Shown: one piece after another, positions 9,714 through 18,487 of the stretch
Layout: each line of letters opens with the position of its first letter
Numbering within the stretch: the stretch's first letter is position 1
Assembly (NCBI GenBank): GCA_963752285.1
Contig: CAVVXN010000004.1
Span: forward strand, 128,001-192,000
Length of the DNA stretch: 64,000 bases
DNA from: an uncultured Planctomycetota bacterium
GTDB lineage: Bacteria > Planctomycetota > PLA2 > JAEUHO01
Direction: 5' to 3'
Notes under the pieces: model-generated
What the model was told of the DNA's origin: nothing
Databases searched by the model: none
The model's input: the letters and a program-made list of their open reading frames with translations, nothing else
Translations under genes and position numbers: made by a program

Positions 9714-10325
9714 TCAGTCGGTGTGGCCCCCGATCCGCGCGCCCGCGGCGCCGGCGGCGGGGGCGCCGGGGCGCTCCGAGCGCGGGACGTAGGACCGAAG
9801 GTAGTCCGACTTGTCCTGGCCCTCGTAGAACGACCCGCCCACCGCGTAGTCCTGCGCCTCCTGGATCGCGCGCTCGGCGTCCCAGCCGTCGTACTCCATC
9901 CGGAAGAGCGCGCAGAGCAGCCCCGTCCGGCCCACGCCGTGCATGCAGTGCACGAGGACGGGGCGGTTCGCCGGGTCGTCCATGATCGCGAGGAAGCGGC
10001 CGATCGTCTCGTCGTCGGGCACCTGGCCCGACGGGAGCTCCACGTAGCGCGCGCCGTGACGTTCGGCGACCGCGCGGTCCGCCGGCACGTCCGTGTGCCG
10101 CATGTTCACGACGGTCTTGATGCCCTTCTCCGTCACCAGCTGATCGAGGCGGTCCTCCGGCAGGGTCGCCGACCGGTAGAGCACGCCCTCGCGTACGGTG
10201 CCGATGCGCCAGAGCACGCGGTCGCGCGCGACGAACGCCACGGTGCCGAGCACGAGGAGGGGAAGGGCGACGGCGACGACGAGACGCAGGGGGGGGCGCC
10301 TCGCGCTGGGGGGCGGCGTGGACAT
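9714..10325 (-). CDS. Membrane-anchored dual-specificity / protein-tyrosine phosphatase
   Basis: C-terminal part of ORF 9714..13112; TM segment, LYRS, P-loop VHCMHGVGRTG (CX5R). Confidence 0.88.
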   Translation of the reverse strand: MSTPPPSARRPPLRLVVAVALPLLVLGTVAFVARDRVLWRIGTVREGVLYRSATLPEDRLDQLVTEKGIKTVVNMRHTDVPADRAVAERHGARYVELPSGQVPDDETIGRFLAIMDDPANRPVLVHCMHGVGRTGLLCALFRMEYDGWDAERAIQEAQDYAVGGSFYEGQDKSDYLRSYVPRSERPGAPAAGAAGARIGGHTD

Positions 10326-10405
10326 GGCCCGAGCATAGCGCCCGGCGGGCGGCGGGGGCGCGGATCCCGCCGGCGCCGTGGCCCCGGCGGGTCCCGCCGG
10401 CCTCG

Positions 10406-13105
10406 TCAGCGTGCCGCCACCCCGGCGGTCGCGGGCGCGACCGGCTCGAATCGTCCCTGGAAGAACCGGAGCTTCTTCGGCTCGTACGTGAACCGGAGTC
10501 CCCGGATCTCGGCGCGGCGCTCGTACACGCGGATGATGCCCTCGGCGACCGCGCGCATGTGGTCGTTCGTGTAGACGCGACGCGGGATGGTCAGGCGCAC
10601 GAGCTCGAGCTGCGGTCGGTAGTTCTCGCCCGTCGAGGGATCGCGGCCCTTCGACACGTTGCCCCGCTCCATCGCGCGCACGCCCGTCTCGACGTAGATC
10701 TCCGCCGCCAGCCGCTGCGCCGGGTACTCGTCCTGGTCCACGTGCGGCAGGAACCGGCGCGCGTCGAGGAAGATCGCGTGCGAGCCCGAGGGCCTGACGA
10801 TCGGCACGCCGGCCTCCTCGAGGAGCTGGCCGAGGAACGCCGTCTGGCGGATCCGCGCGCGGATGTAGCGGTCGTCGAGCATCTCCCGCACGCCCTGGGC
10901 GATCGCCGCGAGGTCGGCCGCGGGCAGCCCGCCGTCGGTGACGTTTCCCTCGTACACGCGGAGCATCTCCTCGGCCTTCGCGGCGAGGGCCGCGTCGTCG
11001 CGGAAGGCGAGGATCCCGCCCATGTTGATGAGGAAGTCCTTCTTGCCCGAGACCGTGCATCCGTCGCCGTAGAGCATCATCTCGCCGAGGATGTCCTTCA
11101 CCGGAACGTTCGCGTACCGCGGGTCGTGGAGCTGGATCATGCACGCGTTCTCGGCGACGCGGGTCGAGTCGAAGTAGACCCGGATCCCGTGGCGCTGACA
11201 GAGCGCGTGGACCTCGCGCATGTTGTCCATGCTGACCGGCTGGCCGCCGGCCATGTTCACGGAGTGCTCGAAGGAGACGTACGCGACGTCGTCCGCGCCG
11301 TGTTCCGCGATCACCCTCTCGAGCTTCTCGAGGTCGATGTCGCCCTTCCACCGGTACGAGCTCTCCGGGTCGTGCGCCTGATCCACGATCACGTCGGCGA
11401 ACACGCCGCCGGCGAGCTCCTGGTGGAGCTTCGTCGTCGTGAAGTACATGTTGCCGGGGACCACCTGGCCCGGCCGGATCGCGATCTGGCTCAGGATGTG
11501 CTCGGCCGCGCGCCCCTGGTGGGTGGGGAGGATGTGCTGGTAGCCGAACACGTCGCGGAGGACCTCGACCAGGTTCCAGTACTCCTCGGTGGCGGAGGAG
11601 GCCGGGCGCGCGCGTTCGTAGGCGGCCCACTGCTCGGTGCTCATCGCCGCGGTGCCCGAGTCGGTCAGGAGGTCGATCGTCACGTCCGCGCTGCGCAGCA
11701 GGAACGTGTTGTAGCCGGCCTTCTCGATCGCGCGGCGCCGCTCGTCGCGCGTGAGGTGGCCGACGTACTCGATGGTGTGGATCAGGAACGGCGAGCAGTC
11801 GAACGTCCACGTGTCGAGGTTCGGGATGATCCACCGGTATCGCATCTGGTCGCGCCAGCGGCACTCGCCGCCGGGCTCGAGCGGGGGGATCCGGTCGCGC
11901 TGGCGGTACAGGTCGATGATCGCGTCGGCGACCTGGTCGAGCTGCGCGTTCGTCATCGCCAGTCGCGGGATCTGCACCGGGAGGATCGCGTCCCGGTCGA
12001 GCATGCCCTGCGCGACCGCGCGCACGCCCGACGTGAGGTAGAGCGCGCAGGAGATCGTGTCCTTCCGGTGCTTCTTCACGTGGGGGAGGAACTGGTCGGC
12101 GAGCAGGTACGCGCCGTCGCAGCCGCGGTCCAGGGGCACGCGGCCGGCGCGCAGGCGCTCCGTGAACCGCTCCGCCTGGTGCATGACCCAGTGCGCCTCG
12201 GCCTCGTTCGTCATCTCCCGGAGGCCGCGGGCGAGCACCTCCATGGTCCGGCCGGCCATCCCGCCGTACGTGTGCAGGCCCTCGTACACCACCACCTCGT
12301 TCATGAATCGCTCGAACGTCGCCTCGTCGTTCGTGGCCAGGAGCGCGCCGACGTTGCTCCGCGCGCACTGCGCGCCGTCTACCTGGAGGACGTCCGCGAG
12401 CGAGGCCATCTCCTTCACGATCTCGGCGACGGTCTGGCCCTGCTGGCCCGCCTCGTGACGTTGCACGTACCAGGCGTTCTCGACGATGCGCGAGCCGTCG
12501 AGGACGAGGGGGAGGCCGTAGCGCCGGGCGAGGGCGCGGGTGGCGCGCAGGTTCTCGATCGAGATCGGGTGGTGCGCATCCGCGAACGTCTCGACGTACA
12601 CGAGCGCGTCCTTGCCGTCCTGGACCTCGTCTTCGAGGCGTAGGAGGTCGATGTTGCCCGTGAACACGGGCTCCCTGCGGTCGCGGATGTCGGGGACGCT
12701 CAGGCCCCGGGGCGTCAAGACGTCCCGGATCACGAGGGCGTTGCTGGGGAACGAGCTCCCCTCGGGCACCATGGTGGCGACCACCAGCTTGATGCAGCCG
12801 AGGAGGTTGTGGGTCGGACAGACGTGCTGGTGGCCGAGCACGTCCGCGACCGCGCTCTCGAGCGCCTCGAAGTTGCGCGCGCCCGCGTACGCCTCGTCGC
12901 CGACGAGGAGCCCCGCGAGCTGCTCCTGGCTCACTGCGCTGCTGCCCCACGACACCATGTCGAAGGTCGTCTGGCGCGGCACCAGGTTCAGCACGTTGAA
13001 CCGGGCGGCGATCAGGTTCTTCTTGCGCTGCTCGACGGACGGGAAGTCCGTGCGGAGGACGGTCTTGATCTTGTGGGGCTCGTGGACCGGCTTCGTGGGG
13101 GCCAT
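10406..13105 (-). CDS. Tandem two-domain tyrosine phenol-lyase / tryptophanase family protein (899 aa)
   Basis: Two beta-eliminating lyase units. C-half has DLLTDSGT, THQGRAAE, NMYFTTT, SGKKD, RLTIPRRVY, LRFF; N-half has GDEAYAG and EGLHTYGG. Confidence 0.92.
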   Translation of the reverse strand: MAPTKPVHEPHKIKTVLRTDFPSVEQRKKNLIAARFNVLNLVPRQTTFDMVSWGSSAVSQEQLAGLLVGDEAYAGARNFEALESAVADVLGHQHVCPTHNLLGCIKLVVATMVPEGSSFPSNALVIRDVLTPRGLSVPDIRDRREPVFTGNIDLLRLEDEVQDGKDALVYVETFADAHHPISIENLRATRALARRYGLPLVLDGSRIVENAWYVQRHEAGQQGQTVAEIVKEMASLADVLQVDGAQCARSNVGALLATNDEATFERFMNEVVVYEGLHTYGGMAGRTMEVLARGLREMTNEAEAHWVMHQAERFTERLRAGRVPLDRGCDGAYLLADQFLPHVKKHRKDTISCALYLTSGVRAVAQGMLDRDAILPVQIPRLAMTNAQLDQVADAIIDLYRQRDRIPPLEPGGECRWRDQMRYRWIIPNLDTWTFDCSPFLIHTIEYVGHLTRDERRRAIEKAGYNTFLLRSADVTIDLLTDSGTAAMSTEQWAAYERARPASSATEEYWNLVEVLRDVFGYQHILPTHQGRAAEHILSQIAIRPGQVVPGNMYFTTTKLHQELAGGVFADVIVDQAHDPESSYRWKGDIDLEKLERVIAEHGADDVAYVSFEHSVNMAGGQPVSMDNMREVHALCQRHGIRVYFDSTRVAENACMIQLHDPRYANVPVKDILGEMMLYGDGCTVSGKKDFLINMGGILAFRDDAALAAKAEEMLRVYEGNVTDGGLPAADLAAIAQGVREMLDDRYIRARIRQTAFLGQLLEEAGVPIVRPSGSHAIFLDARRFLPHVDQDEYPAQRLAAEIYVETGVRAMERGNVSKGRDPSTGENYRPQLELVRLTIPRRVYTNDHMRAVAEGIIRVYERRAEIRGLRFTYEPKKLRFFQGRFEPVAPATAGVAAR

Positions 13106-13214
13106 CGTTCACCTCGGCGCGGGAGGAATCGCTACCGAGGCCGAGTGTACGGCTGGCGCGCCCGGCGTCTCCGCGGTGTCGGAGAGGGTCCGGCGCGCGC
13201 CTCCAAAGACGCGT

Positions 13215-13763
13215 CTACCGGTCCCCGCCCTCCTTCTGGAGCCGCTCGATCTGCTTCGCGAGGGCCGCGCCGTGGTGGATCACGTCCACCTGCTCGTCCA
13301 CGTAACGCACGACGCCGTCGGGGTCCACGACGAACGTCACGCGCTTCGCGTATCGGCCTCCGGGGGCCAGCACGCCGTACTTCGTCGCGACGCTCCCGTC
13401 GGCGTCCGAGAGCACGGGATACGCCAGGTGCTGCTCGTCGGCGAACTTCTTCTGGGCGGCGACGTCGTCGAGGCTCACGGCCAGGACCGTCGCGTCGAGC
13501 TTGGTGAGATCGTCCGCTGCGTCCCGCAGCGCGCAGACCTCGCGCGTTCACCCCGGTGTCGAGGCCTTCGGGAAGAACGCGACGATCGTCCACTTCCCGT
13601 GCCCCGCCTCGGAGCGGCGGACGGCGTGGCCCGACGGGTCGTTGAGACGGAAGTCCGGCGCCTGCTGACCCACCTCCGGACCGGTCGCGGCGTCGTCCCC
13701 CGACGCGAGCGCGACCCCCGCGGCGACGACGGCCGCGGCGATGCCCAGTGCCCATCCTCTCAT
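13215..13763 (-). CDS. Exported BCP/PrxQ peroxiredoxin with probable selenocysteine (UGA at 13550-13548)
   Basis: ORFs 13548..13823 and 13215..13478 are one frame: signal peptide, APDFRL, FFPKASTPG-UGA-TREVCALRD, KRVTFVVDPDGVVR. Confidence 0.88.
13512..13547 (-). promoter_or_regulatory. Bacterial SECIS-like hairpin
   Basis: 3' of the UGA: GTC-tgcg-CGCTGCG-GGA-CGCAGCG-GAC, with a G-starting apical loop about 23 nt after the UGA. Confidence 0.7.
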
Positions 13764-13821
13764 CGAGAACCCTCCTCGGAGTGGCGAACGGGCCGTATCG
13801 TAGCCGCCGCGGAGGGACCTC

Positions 13822-14661
13822 ATGGCACGCGCGACGACCTCGGTGGGGCTCCTGGTCCTCGGCCTCCTCGCGTCGGCCGCCTCGGCGCGCGCGGACGACG
13901 CGGCGCTCGGGGCGCCGCCGTTCCCCCACGTGCGCGCGGAGGGCTACGTGCGCGTCGGTGCGACCTCGGGTTTCCTCCAGACCCCGAAGGGCGGCCAGCC
14001 CGGAACGACCACCGAGCGCCGCCCGGCGCTCGACGAGATCGGCGCGGACCTCGGCGAGGAGATCGGCGTCCGAGCGGAGACGGCCTGGCGGCGTCACGAG
14101 GTGCACCTGGACCTCGCCCTGCTCCTCCTCGGCGGATCCGACAAGCTCCGCGACGGGTTCGTGTCGCAGGGCGCCACCTTTGGCGCGGGCACGTCGATCG
14201 ACTCGTCGTCCTGGATCGGACGCTACCGCCTCGGCTACGCGTACCGGTTCGACCTCCCGCTCGGCCGGGCGGGCTGTCTCGTCGTGCGCCCCGGCGCGAG
14301 CCTCGAGGGCCTCCACGTGCACGACCGGCTGACGGGCGAGGGCGGCGCGAGCGTGAGGCGCACGTATCTCCACGTCGCCCCCGCGCTCGACCTTCGCGTC
14401 GGATGGCGACCGGCGGCCGTGCCGCGCGTCTTCCTCGAGGCCGGCGCGTCCCAGACGCTGTCGTTCCTCTACTCGGACGCGAGCCGGATGAACACGTTCG
14501 AGTCCACGCTCCGCGTCGGCTGCGACCTCTCGTCGCGTACGAGCCTGTACGTCGAGACGGGGTTTCGCCGGAGCGACTGGCGCGACGCGCAGACGGTACC
14601 GAACCACGTCCACGTGACCTTCGGCCCCTGGTTCGGGGTGGGGTTCACGTACCGATTCTGA
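13822..14661 (+). CDS. Putative outer-membrane beta-barrel protein
   Basis: Signal peptide (ASARA), amphipathic strands, C-terminal GVGFTYRF beta-signal. Confidence 0.7.
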   Translation: MARATTSVGLLVLGLLASAASARADDAALGAPPFPHVRAEGYVRVGATSGFLQTPKGGQPGTTTERRPALDEIGADLGEEIGVRAETAWRRHEVHLDLALLLLGGSDKLRDGFVSQGATFGAGTSIDSSSWIGRYRLGYAYRFDLPLGRAGCLVVRPGASLEGLHVHDRLTGEGGASVRRTYLHVAPALDLRVGWRPAAVPRVFLEAGASQTLSFLYSDASRMNTFESTLRVGCDLSSRTSLYVETGFRRSDWRDAQTVPNHVHVTFGPWFGVGFTYRF

Positions 14662-14742
14662 GCCGGGCGTGGTCACCCGCCGTCGCGCACGGGGTGCGCC
14701 CGCAGCCTGGCCCGTCCGGCCCGCCCGCGGTACCCTTCCCTC

Positions 14743-15381
14743 GTGACACGGGTGCTGGGGCTCCTCTTCGCTGCGACCCTGCTCGCCGGGTGCGGTGCCA
14801 CCAGCCTGCACCCGCTGAGCGACGCCACCACGACGAAGCGCGACGACGGCCTCGTCGGGCGCTGGGTCCTCGAGATGCGCGAACGAGGGAAGCCGCCGGC
14901 CGCGGTCTCGCTCGTCGTCGGGCGGAGGCCCGGTGCGCCCGAGGAGCTCGAGGCCGCGTGGGTCGAGCTCGGGCCGGGCGAGACCGTGCGTGTGGTCCGC
15001 CTCCGCCTCCTCCCCACCTCCATCGGGCGTGCGGAGCTGCTGAGCGCGACGTCCGACGACGTCGCGGCCCCCGACGCGGACGGCACGGCGCGCCCCGTGC
15101 CGCCCGCGGCCCCGGGCTCGTGGTTCCTCGGTCGCTACCGGCGCGTCGGCGACGCGCTCCTCCTCGCCGCCCTCTCCGAGGACGAGGTGGCCGCCGACAT
15201 CGAGAGCGGCAAGATCGACGGCCGGGTCGTGCGGCACGAAACCGAGGGGACCCTCCGCGCCACCACCCGGGAGGTCGTGCTCACCGCCCCGACCGAACGT
15301 CTCCGCGCGTGGGTCGCCCGCGAGGGCGACCGCATCTGGTCGCGGAAGTGGGCGCGCTTCCGGCGGGTGTCGGGCCCCTGA
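14743..15381 (+). CDS. Hypothetical lipoprotein
   Basis: Hydrophobic signal with lipobox LLAGC. Confidence 0.7.
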   Translation: MTRVLGLLFAATLLAGCGATSLHPLSDATTTKRDDGLVGRWVLEMRERGKPPAAVSLVVGRRPGAPEELEAAWVELGPGETVRVVRLRLLPTSIGRAELLSATSDDVAAPDADGTARPVPPAAPGSWFLGRYRRVGDALLLAALSEDEVAADIESGKIDGRVVRHETEGTLRATTREVVLTAPTERLRAWVAREGDRIWSRKWARFRRVSGP

Positions 15382-15403
15382 GCGCCGCCGGTAGACTCGG
15401 CGG

Positions 15404-16192
15404 GTGCGCAGCGTGGAGACCCGCCTCGTCCTTGGACGCGACCACGTCCGCTACGGCGAGGTCGCGTCGTTCGCGTTGGGCGCGCGGCTCGGGTGCGCCA
15501 TCAGCGTGGGCGCCGACCCGGAGAGCCCGTCGCTCGAGTTCAAGGGCGACCCGGAGAACCTCCCGAACGAGGACGCCGTGCTCGTGGCGTCCGAGGGGGC
15601 GCGGGTGCTGCTGGCGGTCGCGGACGGCCACCACGGGACCGAGGCGAGCCACGGCCTCCTCGCCGCGCTCCAGGCTTCGCTCCACGACGCCGGGGTGCCG
15701 GCCGACCTCGACGCGCTCTTCGACCGCGTCTCCTCGCTGCCCCTTCCCATCGCGACGTCCGACGCCGACCCGGGACCCGGCGCGGCGCTGTCGGTCCTGG
15801 TCGCCGACGCCGCCGCGGGCCTCGGCGCCTTCACCACGCTCGGCGACACCTCGCTCGTCCGCGTCCACCAGGGACGCGAGCAGGCGCTCGGCCGGAAGAC
15901 GCGTCGCTACGCGAGCCTCGCCGACCCGGAGAGCCTCCGGCCCTCGCGCGCCGTCGCCGGCACCTTCCCCGTGGAAGAGGGCGACCTCCTGCTCGCGTTC
16001 ACGGACGGTCTCGACGAGTGCCACTACGGCCGGCCCAGGACCTCGGTCCAGGCGCGCCACCGCGCCTCCCTCCTCACGGCGGCGCCGACGCCGGCCGCGC
16101 TCGCCGACGCGCTCGCCCATCTCGCGCTCGCCGGCGTGGACGGCCACCCCGGCGGCCAGGACAACGTGGCCGTCGCCGTGGCGCGACCCTGA
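15404..16192 (+). CDS. PP2C/SpoIIE-family protein phosphatase
   Basis: NEDA, VADGHHG, LGDT, FTDGL, GQDNVAV motifs. Confidence 0.85.
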   Translation: MRSVETRLVLGRDHVRYGEVASFALGARLGCAISVGADPESPSLEFKGDPENLPNEDAVLVASEGARVLLAVADGHHGTEASHGLLAALQASLHDAGVPADLDALFDRVSSLPLPIATSDADPGPGAALSVLVADAAAGLGAFTTLGDTSLVRVHQGREQALGRKTRRYASLADPESLRPSRAVAGTFPVEEGDLLLAFTDGLDECHYGRPRTSVQARHRASLLTAAPTPAALADALAHLALAGVDGHPGGQDNVAVAVARP

Positions 16193-16207
16193 CGCGGTCC
16201 GACGGTG

Positions 16208-16231
16208 GCGGGGCCGCGGCGCGGGCCCCGC
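16208..16231. terminator. Hairpin between convergent genes
   Basis: GCGGGGCC-N8-GGCCCCGC inverted repeat. Confidence 0.35.
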
Positions 16232-16249
16232 GCGCACGGGTTCTCGCGG

Positions 16250-16759
16250 TCAGTGCGTGGCGGGCGGCGCCGGCGCGACCATCGGCGCGGGCGGCGGCAC
16301 CGACCGCGGGGTCGCGGGCGCGGGCGCCGGCACCGGCACCACGACCCGTCGTGCGAGCTCCGCGCGGATGCGATCGTGGATCAGCCCGGCGCGCCGCTGG
16401 TGGTCCGCGGTGTCCCACGTCCCGATCTTGACCGCCACGCGCGTCACGCCGCCCGGGTGCTCGGCCATCGCGAGCCTCGCGTCGCCCGCCACGATCTCGG
16501 CCTCGGTCGGACCGAGCGTGGACGTCGTCGCGGCCGGGTAGCCGAGGGCCGGCAAGGCCACGAGCGCCGCCGCGTAGACGTCGCGCACGGAGGCCTGGTA
16601 GTCCGCGTCGGTCTGGTTGGAGAGCACCTTCGCCGTCGCGACGCCGCCGGCCGCACCGACGGCCACGACCGCGCAGCCGCAGAGCGCGAACGCGCCGGCC
16701 ACGAGCCCCAGCGCCGTGGCGCCCACGTCGATCGTCCTCATGGCGATCCTCCCGATCAT
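16250..16759 (-). CDS. DUF3568-like lipoprotein
   Basis: Lipobox LCGC, AVVAVGAAGG, TRVAVKIGTW; C-terminal part of ORF 16250..17494. Confidence 0.7.
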   Translation of the reverse strand: MIGRIAMRTIDVGATALGLVAGAFALCGCAVVAVGAAGGVATAKVLSNQTDADYQASVRDVYAAALVALPALGYPAATTSTLGPTEAEIVAGDARLAMAEHPGGVTRVAVKIGTWDTADHQRRAGLIHDRIRAELARRVVVPVPAPAPATPRSVPPPAPMVAPAPPATH

Positions 16760-17631
16760 CCGTCCGTGCGAGCGACGACGTACGCGACCCACGAGGGGTC
16801 CGCCGTGGCCTTCGTGGCGGGCTTCCACACGCCGTCGCCTTCGCCGGTCTTCTTGTCCGTGCCCTCCCAGTACACCGTGGAGGAGCGAAAGCCCGCCTCG
16901 GCGAGGATCTCGCGGATTTCGGGGATGGTCCAGAACCTCCAACGATACGTGAACGCGCGCTTCATTCGACTCCCGTCGCGGAACTGGAAGTGGATGTGGT
17001 GGACCGCGGCGTGGTCGATCGGGTCGAAGCTCTCGAGCTCCCAGAGGTACGTGAAGCCGTCGAGCTTGCGGCGATCGGGGTGCTTCTCGACGTAGCAGTC
17101 GGGCCCGCCCATCAGGTCGAGCACGAAGATCCCGCCCTCCGCCAGGTTCTGGCGGGCGAACTCGAAGTAGGTGCGCAGCGCGTCCCTCGTCTGGAAGATC
17201 CAGTACGAGAAGTTCTCGGCGCAGAGGACGTCGGCCTTCTCGTCGGCCACGGTACGAACGTCCCGCTGGCGGATCGTCAGGCGCTCGCGCGCGACGCGGC
17301 CCAGCGCCGCGAGGTTGTGCTCGCGACCCCAGGCGAGGGGCTCGGGGTCGATGTCCACGGCCACCGCGCGTCGTCCCGGCCGCCGGACCCAGTCGCAGGC
17401 CACGGCGAAGGTGCCGCAGAAGTCCTCGCGGAGCACGATCGGCCGCCGCCGGTGGATCGAGCGGTAGACCTCGTCGAAGAAGTCCACCTCGCACTCCGGC
17501 TCCTGGACCGAGCGCTGGTACAGGTCGTAGCGGTCGGCCCGGCGGGCGAGGCTCGACTTCTTCCTCTTCTTTGCGTCCTTCCGCTTCCGCGGGGTCTCGC
17601 TCGGCTTCGCGCGCTTCGTCTTCTTCGGCAT
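16756..17631 (-). CDS. Class I SAM-dependent methyltransferase
   Basis: DRYDLYQRSVQ, LREDFCGT, AVDID, NFSYWIF; Lys-rich N-terminal tail. Confidence 0.85.
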   Translation of the reverse strand: MPKKTKRAKPSETPRKRKDAKKRKKSSLARRADRYDLYQRSVQEPECEVDFFDEVYRSIHRRRPIVLREDFCGTFAVACDWVRRPGRRAVAVDIDPEPLAWGREHNLAALGRVARERLTIRQRDVRTVADEKADVLCAENFSYWIFQTRDALRTYFEFARQNLAEGGIFVLDLMGGPDCYVEKHPDRRKLDGFTYLWELESFDPIDHAAVHHIHFQFRDGSRMKRAFTYRWRFWTIPEIREILAEAGFRSSTVYWEGTDKKTGEGDGVWKPATKATADPSWVAYVVARTDG

Positions 17632-17689
17632 GGGGGGGGATCCTACACGTTGGTGCACCGCGCGCGGCCGAATCCTGCGGCGGTACGGG

Positions 17690-18487
17690 TCATCCGGTGC
17701 GCACGCGCGTGCCCGCCGTGGGCGCGGGGGACCGACCGGGACCGCGCGGATCGGCAACGAAGCGGCGCACGAGCAGGTCGAGCGTCACGACGGCGGTACG
17801 CACGAGCCTCATCTTCGACGTGCTCCGCTTGCGGTCGTAGCGCAGCACCAGCGGGACCTCCGCGATCGGGCCCGCGCGCCGCCGGAGCTTCAGGAGGAGG
17901 TCCACCATGACCGAGAAGCCCGCCTGGTTGAGGAACGCCCGGCCGTACCGGGTCCGGCCCCAGCGGAGGAGCCGAACGCGGTACACGCGGTAGCCGCACG
18001 TGTAGTCCCGCGCACCCGGGAAGAGCACGCGGAGGAGCCACGACGCGAGGAGGCTCGTGACGATCCGGGGGCGGTCGAGACCGCGCACCTCGGCCCCGGG
18101 CCGGAAGCGCGAGGCGATCGCGAGCTCCGCGCCGGCGCGCGCGCGGTCCACGAGCGCGGGGAGGAGCTCCGGCGGGTGCGTGTGGTCGGCGTCCATCGTC
18201 GCGAGGAGGTCCACGTCGCGGGCTACGGCGAGGACGTGCTCGATGCCCGTACGCATCGCGACGCCGAGGCCGCGGTTCGTCTCGTGCACGAGCACCGTCA
18301 CGTCGAGCCCCGGCACCGAGAACGCGGCGTCGGCCGTGCCGTCGGAGCTCCCGTCGTCCACGACGACGACGTGGCAGCGGGGGGCCGCGGGCCACGACCG
18401 GAGCGTCCGGGCGAGGTCGGCGAGGAGCGGCGGGAGGCTCTGCGCCTCCTCGTACGCGGGGAGGCACAGCCAGAGGTGGGGTCTCAC
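17690..18487 (-). CDS. GT2 glycosyltransferase (polyprenol-phosphate glycosyltransferase-like)
   Basis: LPAYEE, VVDDGSSDGT, NRGLG, MDADHTH, DYTCGYR. Confidence 0.88.
   Translation of the reverse strand: MRPHLWLCLPAYEEAQSLPPLLADLARTLRSWPAAPRCHVVVVDDGSSDGTADAAFSVPGLDVTVLVHETNRGLGVAMRTGIEHVLAVARDVDLLATMDADHTHPPELLPALVDRARAGAELAIASRFRPGAEVRGLDRPRIVTSLLASWLLRVLFPGARDYTCGYRVYRVRLLRWGRTRYGRAFLNQAGFSVMVDLLLKLRRRAGPIAEVPLVLRYDRKRSTSKMRLVRTAVVTLDLLVRRFVADPRGPGRSPAPTAGTRVRTG

Noticed and set aside
13548..13550. Peroxiredoxin as a nonsense pseudogene
   Set aside because: The stop is TGA exactly at the catalytic Cys, both halves are intact and a SECIS-like hairpin follows, so Sec recoding is more parsimonious.
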